Shown piece by piece: positions 49,376 through 60,194 of a stretch of 64,000 bases of DNA. The stretch comes from Vicugna vicugna (lineage: Eukaryota), in assembly GCA_013265495.1 (NCBI GenBank), contig MU059953.1, positions 4,922,501 through 4,986,500 on the forward strand, given 5' to 3'. Made by a program: the position numbers and the translations under genes. Every line of letters begins with the position of its first letter. The stretch's first letter is position 1. The notes beneath the pieces are model-generated. The model was not told the origin of the DNA, made no database searches, and saw nothing but the letters and a program-made list of their open reading frames with translations.

Positions 49376-49924
49376 ATCAAGCGAAAGCTTCAAGTCAGCC
49401 CTGAAAGCTGTCCGAGTCATTTGTAAAAACAGCTCATTCGTAAGAGTGCACCCTGCAGCCACCAGAGTCCTTGTTCCTCATTCTTGAAAAGAAGCTTCGG
49501 CAGTCGCTTCTCGTGCCGGAGATGGAGAGGGCCTCGCTCACGCACACGTCCTCCGGGGCAGGCCAGGCCCCCCCGTCTGTGTCGGGGACTCAGGAGCCAC
49601 TTGGTGCCCAAGGCCCTTCCCTGGTGTCCCCCAGATCTCAGCGTCGGGCCCCAGCTCCTGCCCCACGGAGCGCCCCTTAAGCATCCATGTGCGGTGCCCT
49701 GCGGCCACCGCAGGCCCTCCCGGCCCCACCTCCCATCTCCCACCTCAGCCCCTCCCTGGCTGAGCACCCCAAGGCAGCACAGCCCAGCTCTGGGAGCAGA
49801 CAGCCTGCACCCAACCCTCATCCCAGCCCGTGGCCACTGACCCAGACAAGCCTCTCAGCCCGCTGAGCTTTCCTCACACGCAAACAGAGTCAGCGCAGCG
49901 AACAAGAGAGGGGCCTGGGACGCC

Positions 49925-50075
49925 CTTAAGCCACGCGGGCCGGGGCGGGAGTCCCAGCCCAGCCCCTGGGGCGGGGCGTCACCACCCGCCAGGAGGCTCA
50001 GCGAGCTGATAAGCCGAGCAAACCGGGCGCGAGCCTGAAACGTACCAGGCGGTGGCGCGGCGCTGCTTCCGTCGT
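49925..50075. promoter_or_regulatory. CpG-rich promoter-like cluster (two GC boxes, half-CRE, GATA, ETS-like)
   Basis: GGGGCGGGA 49942, GGGGCGGGGC 49968, GCGTCA 49976, TGATAAG 50007, GCTTCCGT 50065. Confidence 0.45.
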
Positions 50076-50506
50076 TAACAACTTGAGAAAGCGCACAAAC
50101 GCACCAGGCCCCACTTGCTGCCCAGACGGACCAACCAACATACGTGAAACCATCCTCAAAACTCAGCGGAACCCCTCGCGCACGTTGTTTAGACTTGCTG
50201 CTCCTTCTAAAGGCTGTTTTAAAAGAGGGGCTAGGCCCAAGGCGGAGTTCTGCACAGAAGACAACGTTGCCCTTTGCCAAGCTCCATAAACACCCGAGTC
50301 CTGTCAGGAGGCCCCCGGAGTCGGGAGCCCAGCCGCTGGGCCGGCCCCCCGTGCCCGCCGCCGCTGTGTAAGAGTCTCCTCAACTGTTCAACGGCGACCA
50401 GGAGCAGCAGTGCGAACGTCCGCCCACAACCAGGAGAATGGCTCCAAGTGTGATTTTCTAAGTCAGCACAAAAATAAAAACAAAGCAAAACTATAAAAAT
50501 GCACAC

Positions 50507-50650
50507 GGGGGGAGGGCACAGCTCAGTGTAGAGCACTTGCCTGGCACGCATGAGGCCCTGGGTTCCGTCCCCAGGACCACCTGTAACAAACAAACCAACC
50601 AACCGACCTAATTCCCACTCCCCTCCAAAAGACAAAAAACCCCTCTTTTT
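50507..50650 (+). mobile_element. Camelid tRNA-derived SINE (Vic-1-like)
   Basis: ggggggagggcacagctcagtgtagagcacttgcctggcacgcatgaggccctgggttccgtccccaggacc has decayed Pol III A/B boxes, followed by the aacaaacaaacc...cctaattcccactcccc...aaaa tail. The flanks aaatgcacac / aaatgcaaat look like a decayed TSD. Confidence 0.85.
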
Positions 50651-51353
50651 AAATGCAAATGATTTGGAGCCACGATCTTCCGGGTGACCCCCAGGGGCCA
50701 GCAAAGGGGCATTCGGGAAGGGCAGCCTGGGGCATGTGGGGGACAGGCTCCCTACTTAGCAAAACCTTCCTTCGTGTAGGGCAGACACGCCCCCTGGCAC
50801 GTGCTGAAAGCAGGAAGGGCTCCTTCAGTCTAAGCACAGACGACAAGTCGATCTGAGCAGCATGAACAGAGCCGCATCTGTCTCATGTTTTTGCCTGTTT
50901 TCTGACGGCAACTACAGTAGCCAAGTGGGCAGTCCCCATGCGAGCTGGCAGCCCGGAGGCTGGGGTGTGGGGCGGAGGCCTCTGGCGCCGACATGGAGTC
51001 CTTGTGGGAAACCCTCTTCCTCTCACATCCTCTGGGTGATGGCAGGAATGTTCCTTGCTCCTTCCACCCCACAGCTGTGCTGAGCCTGGCTCGGTGCTGC
51101 ACTGTGGGTCTGTGTCCCCTTCCCCGGGGAGTCGGAGTCTCCCTGAAGGCCACACGGTGGGCGCGTCGTCCCCACATGCTGGGAGCCCACGGCAGGACGG
51201 CCCCACTTCTGCCCCTTTTTTTGTAGAAGCCGCTCTGTCAGAGCCAGGAAAGGGGCAAGGAGCCTTCTCTCTCTCTTTTTTTTTTTTCCGTATTTCTGTA
51301 TATAGAATGTTATTTCTGTATGAACTATTTGCAACAGAGAGTTCCAAAATTTC

Positions 51354-51371
51354 TTCTAGAAGTTTCCAGAA
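51354..51371. promoter_or_regulatory. Perfect four-unit heat-shock element
   Basis: TTC-ta-GAA-gt-TTC-ca-GAA, four alternating nGAAn units with exact spacing. Confidence 0.6.
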
Positions 51372-51509
51372 TAAGTAAAAACTTGGTTTGTTTTCAATCA
51401 TGTTCAAATTATTTGCATATGCGCAGCTTAGTTTCATTTAGTTACCAAATTCTACCCATCCCTAGAGGAATGGGCTAATGCAACTTGTATTTCAAGTTTA
51501 AATATATCT

Positions 51510-51529
51510 ACACACACACACACACACAC
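51510..51529. repeat. (CA)n microsatellite, about 10 units
   Basis: acacacacacacacacacac. Confidence 0.95.
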
Positions 51530-53434
51530 CTGAATTTGTACAGATGAACCTTAGCAAACACTCTTCTGATGCCCTTTACTAAACCCACGTGGGAGCACAG
51601 CTATCATTGCCCTCGCTGGCCACGAATCTAAACAACATTCCGGCCGACCGCGGAGGCAGCAGGTACGGGAGATACCCAGCTGAATGCAGGGCCGCGGGCA
51701 CACGCGACCCTACGGTGACCGCCCGGAGTGGAAGTGGTTCTTAGTGGTCTAGACGGCTCGGCTTCGTGTGTAAGTATTTAAATAGCTACTTGGTGACTGA
51801 AGATCTCAGGTGCTGCTGACCAGAGTCTCGCTTCTAGACACCGATGATGGAGCTCAGTTTATAGGCCCCTGGGTCTTTTCTGAACAAATCCCCGATTTCC
51901 ACTTGTTTTCCTACCGTGTCCCATTGCTTCGCACACTTAGAAGGCAGGAAAAGTTCAGCTCTTGGAGTGACTCCTAGGGCCCCTCAGTTGGACGTGAGCC
52001 GCTGACCGGGGTCCGGAGGGCAGTGACTGTAACTGAGGGCGCAGACATCCTGGTGGGCAGGAGGCCCGTTCACTGAGCATCGCCCCCGAGGCCTGACTCG
52101 AGGCCAAACTCCTGTGTGATCACACATCTGGGCCCCAGACATGGCCTGTCCATAGCCATCCAGGCAGCTCTGACCACATCCCAGCTTCGTGGCCTGCGAG
52201 ATCACCCTGCAAAATGTACACTGGAGAACAGGCTCCCCATTTAAAACAAGCCATTGGACTCGTGCTCAACATGAGGACCGGCCGCTCGGGCAGGGCCCCC
52301 GCCCCCCGTGGGCCCCCCCGGGCCTGGCTGACAGCAGAGTCCGGCCCCAGCACCCTGGTTTTAAATGGTGATAAGAGGTGGGGTGGGGGCATAACTGCAA
52401 AGGCAGGACCCCCACCCCCTCCCCGACAACAGCTACTGACCCAGCCTGGTTTCCCACTCAGCCCCACACTGGGCAGGACTCTTCAGGGAGAGAATCTTCT
52501 GGAAGGAACACGGGGATGTCACCGGACCAGCCTGATGAGGGAGCAGCAGGGGCCGCAGGGGCTGCAGTCCTGGGGGTGGACCTGCCGGTGGCCCTCAAGC
52601 CCACCCCAGCCTTTAGCACTCAGCGATCCCCCGAGGGCCAAGCCGTCAGGACGCCCCTCTCAGGCCAGGCCCTGCACACGCTGCTTCTTCCGGCCTCAGT
52701 GCCCCGAACGGGGTGGACACCCGACACAGAAGAGAAGCTCCCTGGGCGCACAGCCCGCTCCCAGGAATGGGCACCTCACCCTCGGCCGGGCGGGGGCTGG
52801 GCCCAGGACCCTCAGCCGAACGTGGGCAGTTTTTAGAAACATGAAGGAGGGGTCACATTTGGAAACAAAGCACCACGGAGCCTGAGGCCAAGATGACAGC
52901 GGCTTCCTAGCAATGCCCAGCGGCCACGGCTGTGACCCGGGGCGAGGGGCTAGATGGGCAGAGGGCCGGACAGCGAGGTGCCAGGACCCAGGTCAGAAGG
53001 CCGCGCCGTCTGAACGGCCCCCATGCTCAGCTGCAGAACACAGCACTGCTGCCAGGACGCCTGGTTCTCAACAGCTCCTCTGAGCAGTCGAAGGGCAGCC
53101 CCGCTTGAGACGATGAGCACGCGAGCTCTGCTCACTCGGATGGCTTTCGAACAGCCGCGTCTGGCCCGCCTGCCAAGCACCGGGGGCTGGAGTTCTTCAA
53201 GTTCTCGTTTAGAACGAGTGAAATGGAACGAGTGTGTTCGAGGGCTTCCCGTCCTCCTCCAGGACCCGGATGAAGGAACCGGAGCACACGTTACTGCAGC
53301 GTCACACTTTGTCCACATCAGGGTCTCTGCCCTCACTTCTGATGGTCACAAGCAAACAGCACACAGGCCAGCAGCAAACGCCCAGTGAGGCCCCTCGTCC
53401 ACCCAGAGGCCGGTGGCCCCACACCGCGAGCCGG

Positions 53435-53515
53435 ATCCCAGCTGTGGGAGGACCTGGGCAAGTCAGTCACCCTCTCTGGGTCTGCCCCCTTATCTGTGAA
53501 ATGGGGTCATAAAAG
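53435..53515 (+). mobile_element. MIR fragment
   Basis: ccagctgtgggaggacctgggcaagtcagtcaccctctctgggtctgccccttatctgtgaaatgggg is the MIR core, truncated where MER47 begins. Confidence 0.75.
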
Positions 53516-53517
53516 TT

Positions 53518-53953
53518 CAGCTCTTCTGAGACTTACAACGTGGTTACGTACTGATAAACCCTTCCTACGCTGAAAATACTGTCGGTTGAAAATGCATTTA
53601 ACCCTAACCTTACCTACTGAACACGACAGCTAAGCCTCCTCCCCTAAAGGTGCTGAGAACACACGTTCGCCCCATCGGACACAGTCGTCTGACACGAAGC
53701 CTGTGTGACAACGCGGTGTCGACTCTGGTGTGACTTACTGACTGCAGGACTGAGAGCGAAAAGCAGAATGTGGTCGCTGGGTCACTTGTTCACCTGGTGC
53801 CCAGCATGACGAGAGGGTGTCAGACCCACGCCGCAGCCCGGGAGCAGGGAAACACCCAAAATCCAAAGTGCGATTTCTACCGAACGTGTCATTCTCCCAC
53901 GTCGCGAAGTCGGAAGGTCTCAAGTAGAACGCTCCTAAGCCGAGGGTCGCCTG
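53518..53953. mobile_element. MER47B-like (Tigger-family) MITE inserted into or next to a MIR
   Basis: gacttacaacgtggttacgtactgataaaccc...gaaaatgcatttaa...gcccagcatgacgagagggtgtc...caaaatccaaagtgcgatttctaccgaacg...taagccgagggtcgcctg follows the MER47B consensus as I recall it. Confidence 0.8.
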
Positions 53954-56900
53954 TGTCCACTCCCAGGGGCTCTGAGGGTCACGTAAGAAGCTCCACTGAC
54001 ACACAGCACAGCCCAGCAGAAGGCACTCCCGGAACACCAGCTGTCACTTCACGGACAAGAAAGCAAGAAGCCAGAGGGACGTCCGTGCTCAGGACAAGAA
54101 GGAGCCGAAACCCCCGTGCCTCACTGGGTTGGTTCCCTGGGGACACCGGGTGACACCGTAACCTGGGCGGCAGTTAGCACAGACCTTGCTGATAAGAATG
54201 TGACACTCCCAGGAGGCTTCCAAGAGCCCCAGGCATGAGGGGTCGCAGCCAAGGGCCCAGGCTTCTGTTTCTGGGGTCTTCCTAGCTAAGGGTGGAGTCT
54301 GCTGCTCTCTCTGGAAGATCACAAAGCACCAGTGACGTACTCTCGGGTTTAGGTGAGAGTGAAACCTGCCGCCACTCCCAGCGGGGGGGCTGCACTCCTG
54401 ACTGAGGTGAGTTAGTGTCTCCTACTTCAAAAGGGCAAAGATCCGTGTCCACAGTGCAGCCCAGGCGGAGGTGGCCAGTGAGCCCTCCGGGTGTCGGGAA
54501 GGACACAGGCTGGGCAGGGGCTGCCCCTGCAGACATCCAGCGTTGGCCCCGAGTCCCCAGGCCCGGGGAGCCCCTGTCGACCAGCGGCCACCTCTCCCCC
54601 TGAGGTCTGCTCCCCGCCACTGCTCCAGCCCCTCACCAGCTGCAGCTCAGATCCCCTCCGCTCCCAGCCCAAGAGTGCGCGGGGCCACGGCTCAGCCCCT
54701 GGCCTTGTGGACTCTCAGGAGAAGTCACCACCCACGTCTCCCAGGACGACGTGCTGCGGCTACAGACCTGTGCACAGAAAGCCCTCCACAGGTTCTCAAG
54801 AGTTAACCACACAGTTTGGACTTTACCTTCCGCCAAGGCCTTTGTTTAGAGCCCAGGGGCCCCTCCAGAGCCAGTCCTCCCAGGGCACGGGGCCTGGGCC
54901 GGAGGAGAAGACGGAGCGGTGCCCGCAGCGCTCACTGGTGAGGAATTGCCGGCTCCGCCCCGACATCTGGTTTCTATTTCACACCCCTGTTGTCACGTTA
55001 CATAACAAGCAGATGATACGCGGGGTCGCCACCAGGCTCGGGCTCAGTGCCCTTGGGCTGCCAGGCGCAGCGCAGAGGTGGCACAGCCCGGGACCCGCGC
55101 GCCCGCCCACAACTCTCCAGTTAACCCGGCTCCTCCCCGAATCTCTTCCTCTCAGTCCGCATTCAAACGTGAGGGACAGAGAAGTTGTCGGGGCCTGCAG
55201 TTAACTTCCCCGCACCTGGAAAGAGGCCTTGGCCGCGGAGACAAGAGGAAGGTGGCCACAGAGGGAGCCCCTGGCTTCCCAGCGCGTGGAGCCAGTGCCC
55301 GCCCCCCCATTGGCTGACTCGGGGAGGAAGACGACCTTCCACCACAGGAAGCCGACGTCGAGGTGGCCGGCTGGGAGCTGCAGAAGCCACCCCTCTGGGG
55401 TGCCATCTGCCATCTCAATGCCCCGAGCAGGAGGGAGGGTGGCCAAGGCTAAGGCCCGCACCCCCAGGCTTTGGTCAAGAAGATTCAGACTCCACGGTGA
55501 TTTGACGAGGCAAGCACCCGGGGGGCTCCGGGCAGGGCAGACACCGAACACTGAGCCACAGCAAGTCTCCCAGGCTGAGCGGTCCAGGGCCATCATCCAG
55601 CCTGGGGGTGAACAGCTCTGCTCAAGAGGACGTGAGAATTCAAAGCCTTTTCTTAGTACCACGTAGAAGTGGCAAGGCTGACCTGATTGGCAAAGCAGCC
55701 AGTGGACCTGGGGATCTAGGGTCCCGATGTGCTTCCCCTCTGGGGGCGGCCAGACCTAAAAAGGAAAAGCCCCCAAAGGCAGGTAGGGCAACAGCCCCTC
55801 TGCCCCTCAGGACCGGGGCCACCAGAGGCCTGGAGGCCTGGAGGGCAAGGGAGCGCCTACTAAGCGTAAGGACCAACTGCAACCTTGCAGCATGCCACCA
55901 GACGGACGGGAAGACGGACCCGCCCACGAAGTGCAGGCGGGCCGGCCAGGAGGCCGCAGAGCAGCAAGCAGCAGCCGTCCCTCCTGACCAGGCACCCCAG
56001 GTCCGAGTCCCAGGTCCAGTCTGGGGGCAGCACTCGGGGACACGCGCTCCCGTCCCGTGCCCACCTCCTTCTTTCGTTTGTCACCTGAATTCAGTGAAGT
56101 CCAGGCTCTGTCAGGTGCTACGGATGGAGGGCAAACCGCAGCTGTGTGAGCAACGAAGAGGATGGACCAGGAAGGCCCAGGGGCAGCGCCCCGAACCCTG
56201 AGGCCCTCACAGCTCTTCAGAAAGGCAGTGCCAGGCAGCTGCGGGCCTTGGGTACCAGCGGGATTACACTCAAGGTCCACGGTCTGGGGGCTGGCGTCTG
56301 CCCGCCCGCCTGCGCGCCCACCTCTCCCTGCTTCTTGAGCACCAAACTTGAGTGCAGCAGCTCTGGGCCTCACATCCCCGCTCAGGCACCAGACGTAAGG
56401 CGCCCTGCTGCCCAGCCCTGCTGGGAAGACTCCCAGGGAAGGGCACTGCCCCGGTGCTCCCTCCTAAGACCCAGCTTTCCCTTCTTGGAGGCAGGGGGTG
56501 TGTCCCCCATAGAAAGAGAGACAGAAGAAACCAGGGCCCGCTGCAGGCCGCTGGCGCACGAGCCTTGTTCAGCATTCCTGCCCAGGGGAGGCTGGCCTGA
56601 GCCTGCGGGCTGGTCCCAGGGGAGAGGGACCACCGGCACGACCGGTACCTGACCCCCCCGCGTTGCTCCCTGCAGGCTGCCTCTCGCAGGAAGCCGGGCC
56701 CGGCAGGGCCACCCAGCAGGCACCAGGGGCTCGGGGCCAGGGGACAGGCACTGGTGTCCACCACCACGTGTCACCCACACAGCCCCACAAACAGCCCTGG
56801 AGAGAGAACGGACCCTTACCAGGCTGCACGAAACCACCCCACAGCCGTCTCTGCGGTGGACGCCAACGGCGTTTGCCTGCATTTAAAAATACCACACAGG

Positions 56901-59799
56901 CATGATGAATGTCTGCTTCACAGTGTTTCTGCCAGTTCAAGAAGTCTAAGTCCCTGTTCGCGAAGTAAAGAACGCAGCCTCACAGCGGAGGCGGGGCGAG
57001 CACTCGGCAGCCCGAGGCCAGGGCTGGGCCAGGCCTCCGGGTCGCGCGAGCAATGAGGGCCGCGGCCAGAGGCACACCCGCTCTGCACCGCAGGGCGACT
57101 TTGGAACCAGCACCATGGTGCAGTCTTGTGACACCGGCCACGCACGTCCCGGGCCGCGCAGAGGGCGAGATGATGTGCTGTCACCGGCGACAGCTGTCTC
57201 TGTCCATAGACACATCACAGCCGGCAGTGCTTCGGGAACACCCGGGAGGTGGGAGAGCCTGCGTGTGACTCACACGTTGAAAGTGACAGACTCAGAAAAT
57301 GAATGACACTGCGTACAGAGAACTGGGTGGGCAAGGAAGCCCCGACCCGTGCCTGCAGGGCAGGGCTTCTAACGACCACACCGCTGAGGTGCAGAGGGGC
57401 ATCACCCTCAGAATCGCACACACGAGACTCGGCTTTTCCCAGAACTTCCTGTTCTACTTCAAACAAACATTCAAAAACATATTTTCAACTGCATTTTCAC
57501 ACAAAATCCCCCTGCTGAGGCTTTCGCAAAGCATCATGGAGGACCAAGCGGCTTCTCCCGGGGGCGAGGTGGCGGGGGGCTCCGGGCCTCCCCTGAGGGC
57601 GAAGCTCAGACAGGATGACCGGACAAGCCCCCCAGGGCAGAGCCCCTGGTCCCCCCCAGCACCAGCCGCGGGGACGGCGGGGGGAGACTGACAGAGAAGA
57701 CACCTCAGTGGAAGTCTCCATGAAAAGCCCAAAGCCGCAAAAATCACAGCCAGACGCTGTCAGCTGACACCTGAGGGAGCTCAGCAGTGAGACACAGTCG
57801 TCGCCGTCCCAGGCACGAGCCGGGAGCGAGTGCTCACTGCCAGCCTGACGCTCGGCCACCTCGAGGGAGGCCACGCAGAGGCACCGCCCAGGCCAGGGCT
57901 GGACACCGGGCCCAGGCAGGCAAGCCCACGGTGCGGTGGGGCTGGACCTGGGGGCTTCAATTTGGCTCCCCACCGAGCAACATCAGGGTCAGGGTCGTGA
58001 GCTCTGCCCTGGTCTCCAAGTCCACGAGGGGCCAACAAGGAGGACACCGGCACCACGTGCAGGTGCGTCTTCCCAGATCGTGCACGCCCCGAGTGGACCT
58101 GAGCGTCAAACACACCCTGCACACTGGGCCCTTTCCTCCTCCATTGTCTGAGAGAAGGCGAAGCCAGACATCAAATCCCAGGGTAAAACCGTCCCCTGCG
58201 GTCCTTCATTCCAAAGCAAACACTTGACTGCTATTCACAGGTTTGTTAAGAAAACGAGCCACTCTAGTGCTACACAGGAAAATCCAAGTCATTGCTTCCT
58301 TTCTGCCTCCAACTCCTCGAAAGCTGTCACGCTGACCATCTGCAGCAGTGGAACCAGCGTCCAGAAGCAGGCCCAGGGCGTCGGGCCCACACGGCCCGAG
58401 GATGTGCAGTCAGCCCCAGCGTGCCCTTGCCCTGCGCTCCATGCAGCAGCTGAGGTGACAGAAACCAGTGCTCGACGCCTGCTCTGTCCCCACGATCGCG
58501 GCTGGGAGAGACGGGCCAGGCTTCAGGGGAGGCACGGCCCTCAGTGTGAGGCCCGGGCGGGCATGAGCAGCGACCTGGGGCAAACCGCCTTCCTCCTGGG
58601 CTGTGTCTGGAGAACGAAGCCTTACGGTCGCTCCTGGTTCTGAAGGTTAAGGAGGGAGGCTCTGACGGCACCCGTGCTCCGCGCGCTGGCCGGCACGTCC
58701 TCCCCACCAGCAGGGGCCAAGGAGGAGAGGTCCAGGGGAGATGGCGACGGGCGGCCTGGCGCAGCACAGGGCGCCCGAGGGCCGGAGCTACAGACAGAGC
58801 CGGCGGTAAGAAGTTCCCTCGCTCAGGCTTGACCGCTGTTTGGGGAAAGAGGAGAGGTCGTAGGCCAGAAGCTCTGCCCACTCTCCAGCCCCCAGCCTCT
58901 CCCTCTGGCCAGCACACAGCGTGCCGAACAGCAAGTCTGCCTTCTGCTTGAATTCACGGCACATGTTTAAATGCATTCTCAGTGGAAAGCCACAAAAGTA
59001 CTTGACAAAATCAGCTGACGGAATCGTCCCTGCAGCAGCCAGGGACTAACCAGTGGCATCAAAGCTGGGGCTCAGCCGGGACCCCAGAGTTGGCCACACA
59101 CTGGGAATACCCTTCTCTCTGAAGATGTAAAGATCCGGACCCCACCAAACAGGGGCACAGCCCCCCCGGGCCCATCCTCCACATCAGGGCGACGTTAGAC
59201 AGAGCCTTGGCATGCAGCATAAACCACCCAGAGGCCACCGACAGTCAGCAGATACTCAGCAGATGCAACTGATCGGGCCCCAGCGTCCCGCACCCCCAGG
59301 TCTTCCAGGCTCGCCACCTGGAATCACACGCAGACAAAGTTTGTCTCTTATGAAAGTTAGTGATGGGAGTGGGCAGACCAAGGAAGAAGGCTCCCTGCGA
59401 GCCCACAAGCAGGCACCGCTCTGTGGGGGTTTGGGGGAGAATCCGGGGCGCCCCAAGACCAGACAGACACCACAGCAACCGCATGGGGAAGGGGGCCCCG
59501 GGGGGCCCATCGAGGCTGCTACCGTCCCAGCACAAGGCAGGGCAGACACACGTCCTCCCCGATGAGCGTGCAGTCAAGCCTGAGAGCACGTCTGCGAAAC
59601 AGTGCGAGGGCATCAAGGCACGATCGAGAATCACAGATCAGCGGGAAAGCCCAGGGAGTGGGAGTCAGGCGGACAGCTTCAACGACGGGAAAATCTGATG
59701 TGGCCACAAAATACATCTCAACATTGGCTCGAAGAAACGAACAGGGTCACGAAGGGTCTCGTGGAGAAAGCAGCATGCGGGGCCGCCACTCGGCTGCAC

Positions 59800-59890
59800 G
59801 ACCCTGGGCCGTCTGTGCCTCAGTTTCTCGTCTGTGATCATAGCAGCTGAAACCTCACCCGGAGAAACACATGAGGAGTAAACGGGATTA
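59800..59890 (+). mobile_element. MIR fragment
   Basis: ccgtctgtgcctcagtttctcgtctgtga...cacatgaggagtaaa. Confidence 0.65.
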
Positions 59891-59959
59891 TTACTAACAG
59901 TCTCCCTGTACCCTTAGCTATTATTACCAATATAAAAAGCGGCCAGGCACATCTGAAAC

Positions 59960-60110
59960 TGATCTGAGTAGAACTTGGAACATAAGAACTACAATAATTA
60001 AAATTCAAAACTAAATGAAGGAGTTAAATAATCAGCCAGATGGAGCCGAAGAGAGAATTGGTGAACAATAACCAGCACTGAGAAAACAACCGAGAATGTA
60101 ACACAGAGAC
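59960..60110 (+). mobile_element. Old L1 ORF1 fragment (left part of an interrupted element)
   Basis: caataattaaaattcaaaactaaatgaaggagttaaataatcagccagatggagccgaagagagaattggtgaac corresponds to the ORF1 coiled-coil region. Confidence 0.65.
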
Positions 60111-60194
60111 CAGGAGGCCCACGGCGGCCGTCAGAGGGAAGCGCAGAGCATCCTCGGAAGCCCTGAGCTCGAGCGGCGGAGGGCTGGCACGTCC

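Noticed and set aside
51726-51750. AGTGGTTCTTA matches the start of the miR-203 5p arm
   Set aside because: Only 11 nt match, and there is no 3p arm or precursor hairpin.
56900-56990. C-box-like ATGATGA suggesting a C/D snoRNA (also GTGATGA near 46556)
   Set aside because: No properly placed CTGA D box and no terminal stem.
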